Positions 59,869 to 60,524 of a stretch of 60,524 nt of DNA are shown here, piece after piece. Origin of the DNA: Hyphobacterium sp. (lineage in GTDB: Bacteria; Pseudomonadota; Alphaproteobacteria; Caulobacterales; Maricaulaceae); contig BQJI01000001.1 in the NCBI GenBank assembly GCA_021604625.1, positions 1 through 60,524 on the forward strand, read 5' to 3'. A program made the translations under genes and the position numbers. The notes under the pieces are model-generated. The model was not told the origin of the DNA and made no database searches. It saw nothing but the letters and a program-made list of their open reading frames with translations. Each line of letters opens with the position of its first letter. Position 1 is the first letter of the stretch.

Positions 59869-60524
59869 ATGAGCGCTAAAAAGACGATTCTCTGCGTCGA
59901 TGATGACGACGATCTCCGCGAAACCCTGATCGAACAATTCGGGTTTCATGATGAATTCGAGGTTCGCGATGCGGACACGGCCACCAAGGGCATAAAGATC
60001 GCGCGCGACGAACGCGTCGATATTGTGTTGCTGGACGTCGAATTGCCGGACATGGACGGGCGCGAAGCCTGTCGATTGATGCGCAAGAATGGCGTCACCG
60101 CACCGATCGTCATGCTGACCGGGCAGGACACGGATGCCGATCAGATATTGGGGCTCGAATCCGGTGCCAATGATTATGTCACCAAGCCGTTCAAATTCTC
60201 GGTGCTTCTGGCGCGGGTCCGCGCCCATCTGCGCAGCCATGAGCAGAGCGAGGACGCCGTCTTCCAGATCGGACCGTACGAGTTTAAACCCTCGATGAAG
60301 CTGCTTTTGACAGCCGACGAGCGAAAAGTGCGCCTTACCGAGAAAGAGACCAATATCTTGAAATATCTCTATCGCTCGGGCGGCAAGCCGGTGTCGCGCG
60401 ACGAGCTTCTGCACGAGGTCTGGGGCTATAATCCCAATGTCACCACCCACACGCTGGAAACGCACATTTATCGCCTGCGGCAGAAAATCGAGCCCGATCC
60501 GTCGCGCTCGCGACTTCTGATCAC
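59869..60524 (+). CDS. cenR: OmpR-family response regulator, CenR-like (runs off the window end)
   Basis: Manual translation: MSAKKTILCVDDD...LLDVELPD...GANDYVTKPF...RSHEQSEDAVF...LTEKETNILKYLYR...THTLETHIYRLRQKIE. Confidence 0.75.
   Translation, partial: MSAKKTILCVDDDDDLRETLIEQFGFHDEFEVRDADTATKGIKIARDERVDIVLLDVELPDMDGREACRLMRKNGVTAPIVMLTGQDTDADQILGLESGANDYVTKPFKFSVLLARVRAHLRSHEQSEDAVFQIGPYEFKPSMKLLLTADERKVRLTEKETNILKYLYRSGGKPVSRDELLHEVWGYNPNVTTHTLETHIYRLRQKIEPDPSRSRLLI

Overview
GC-rich alphaproteobacterial chromosome segment; gene content and order suggest Caulobacterales/Maricaulales (Maricaulis/Hyphobacterium-like, my inference). Most of it is core genome: argG, the cbb3 oxidase cluster ccoNOQP-GHIS, M3/M14/S41 peptidases, a trx/YbbN-LonN-Trm112-DUF971 cluster, bioB, holA-lptE-leuS, yggS, a CenR-like regulator, tRNA-Gly(GCC) and tRNA-Arg(CCG). 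Two regions stand out. (1) A 7.3-kb element integrated in tRNA-Gly, bounded by a perfect 52-bp direct repeat (33473-33524 / 40779-40830). It encodes a tyrosine integrase, an Xis/AlpA-like protein, a 447-aa protein with family-A/T7-like polymerase palm motifs and no recognisable exonuclease domain, a large cadherin/VCBS-repeat surface protein and an endonuclease I/IS3 scar. It has no phage or conjugation genes, so it is a candidate minimal polymerase-carrying integrative element. (2) A subtilase / ECF sigma / anti-sigma module with four GGAA-N18-CGTT promoter-like motifs, two of them interlocked in one 33-bp quasi-palindrome that could drive both divergent operons. Smaller signals are an NsrR-like operator with a truncated haemoglobin, phased repeats upstream of urcA, an EcfG-type promoter, a secreted protein with a 39-aa repeat and REP-like palindromes. 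All calls come from reading motifs by eye; no database search was run.
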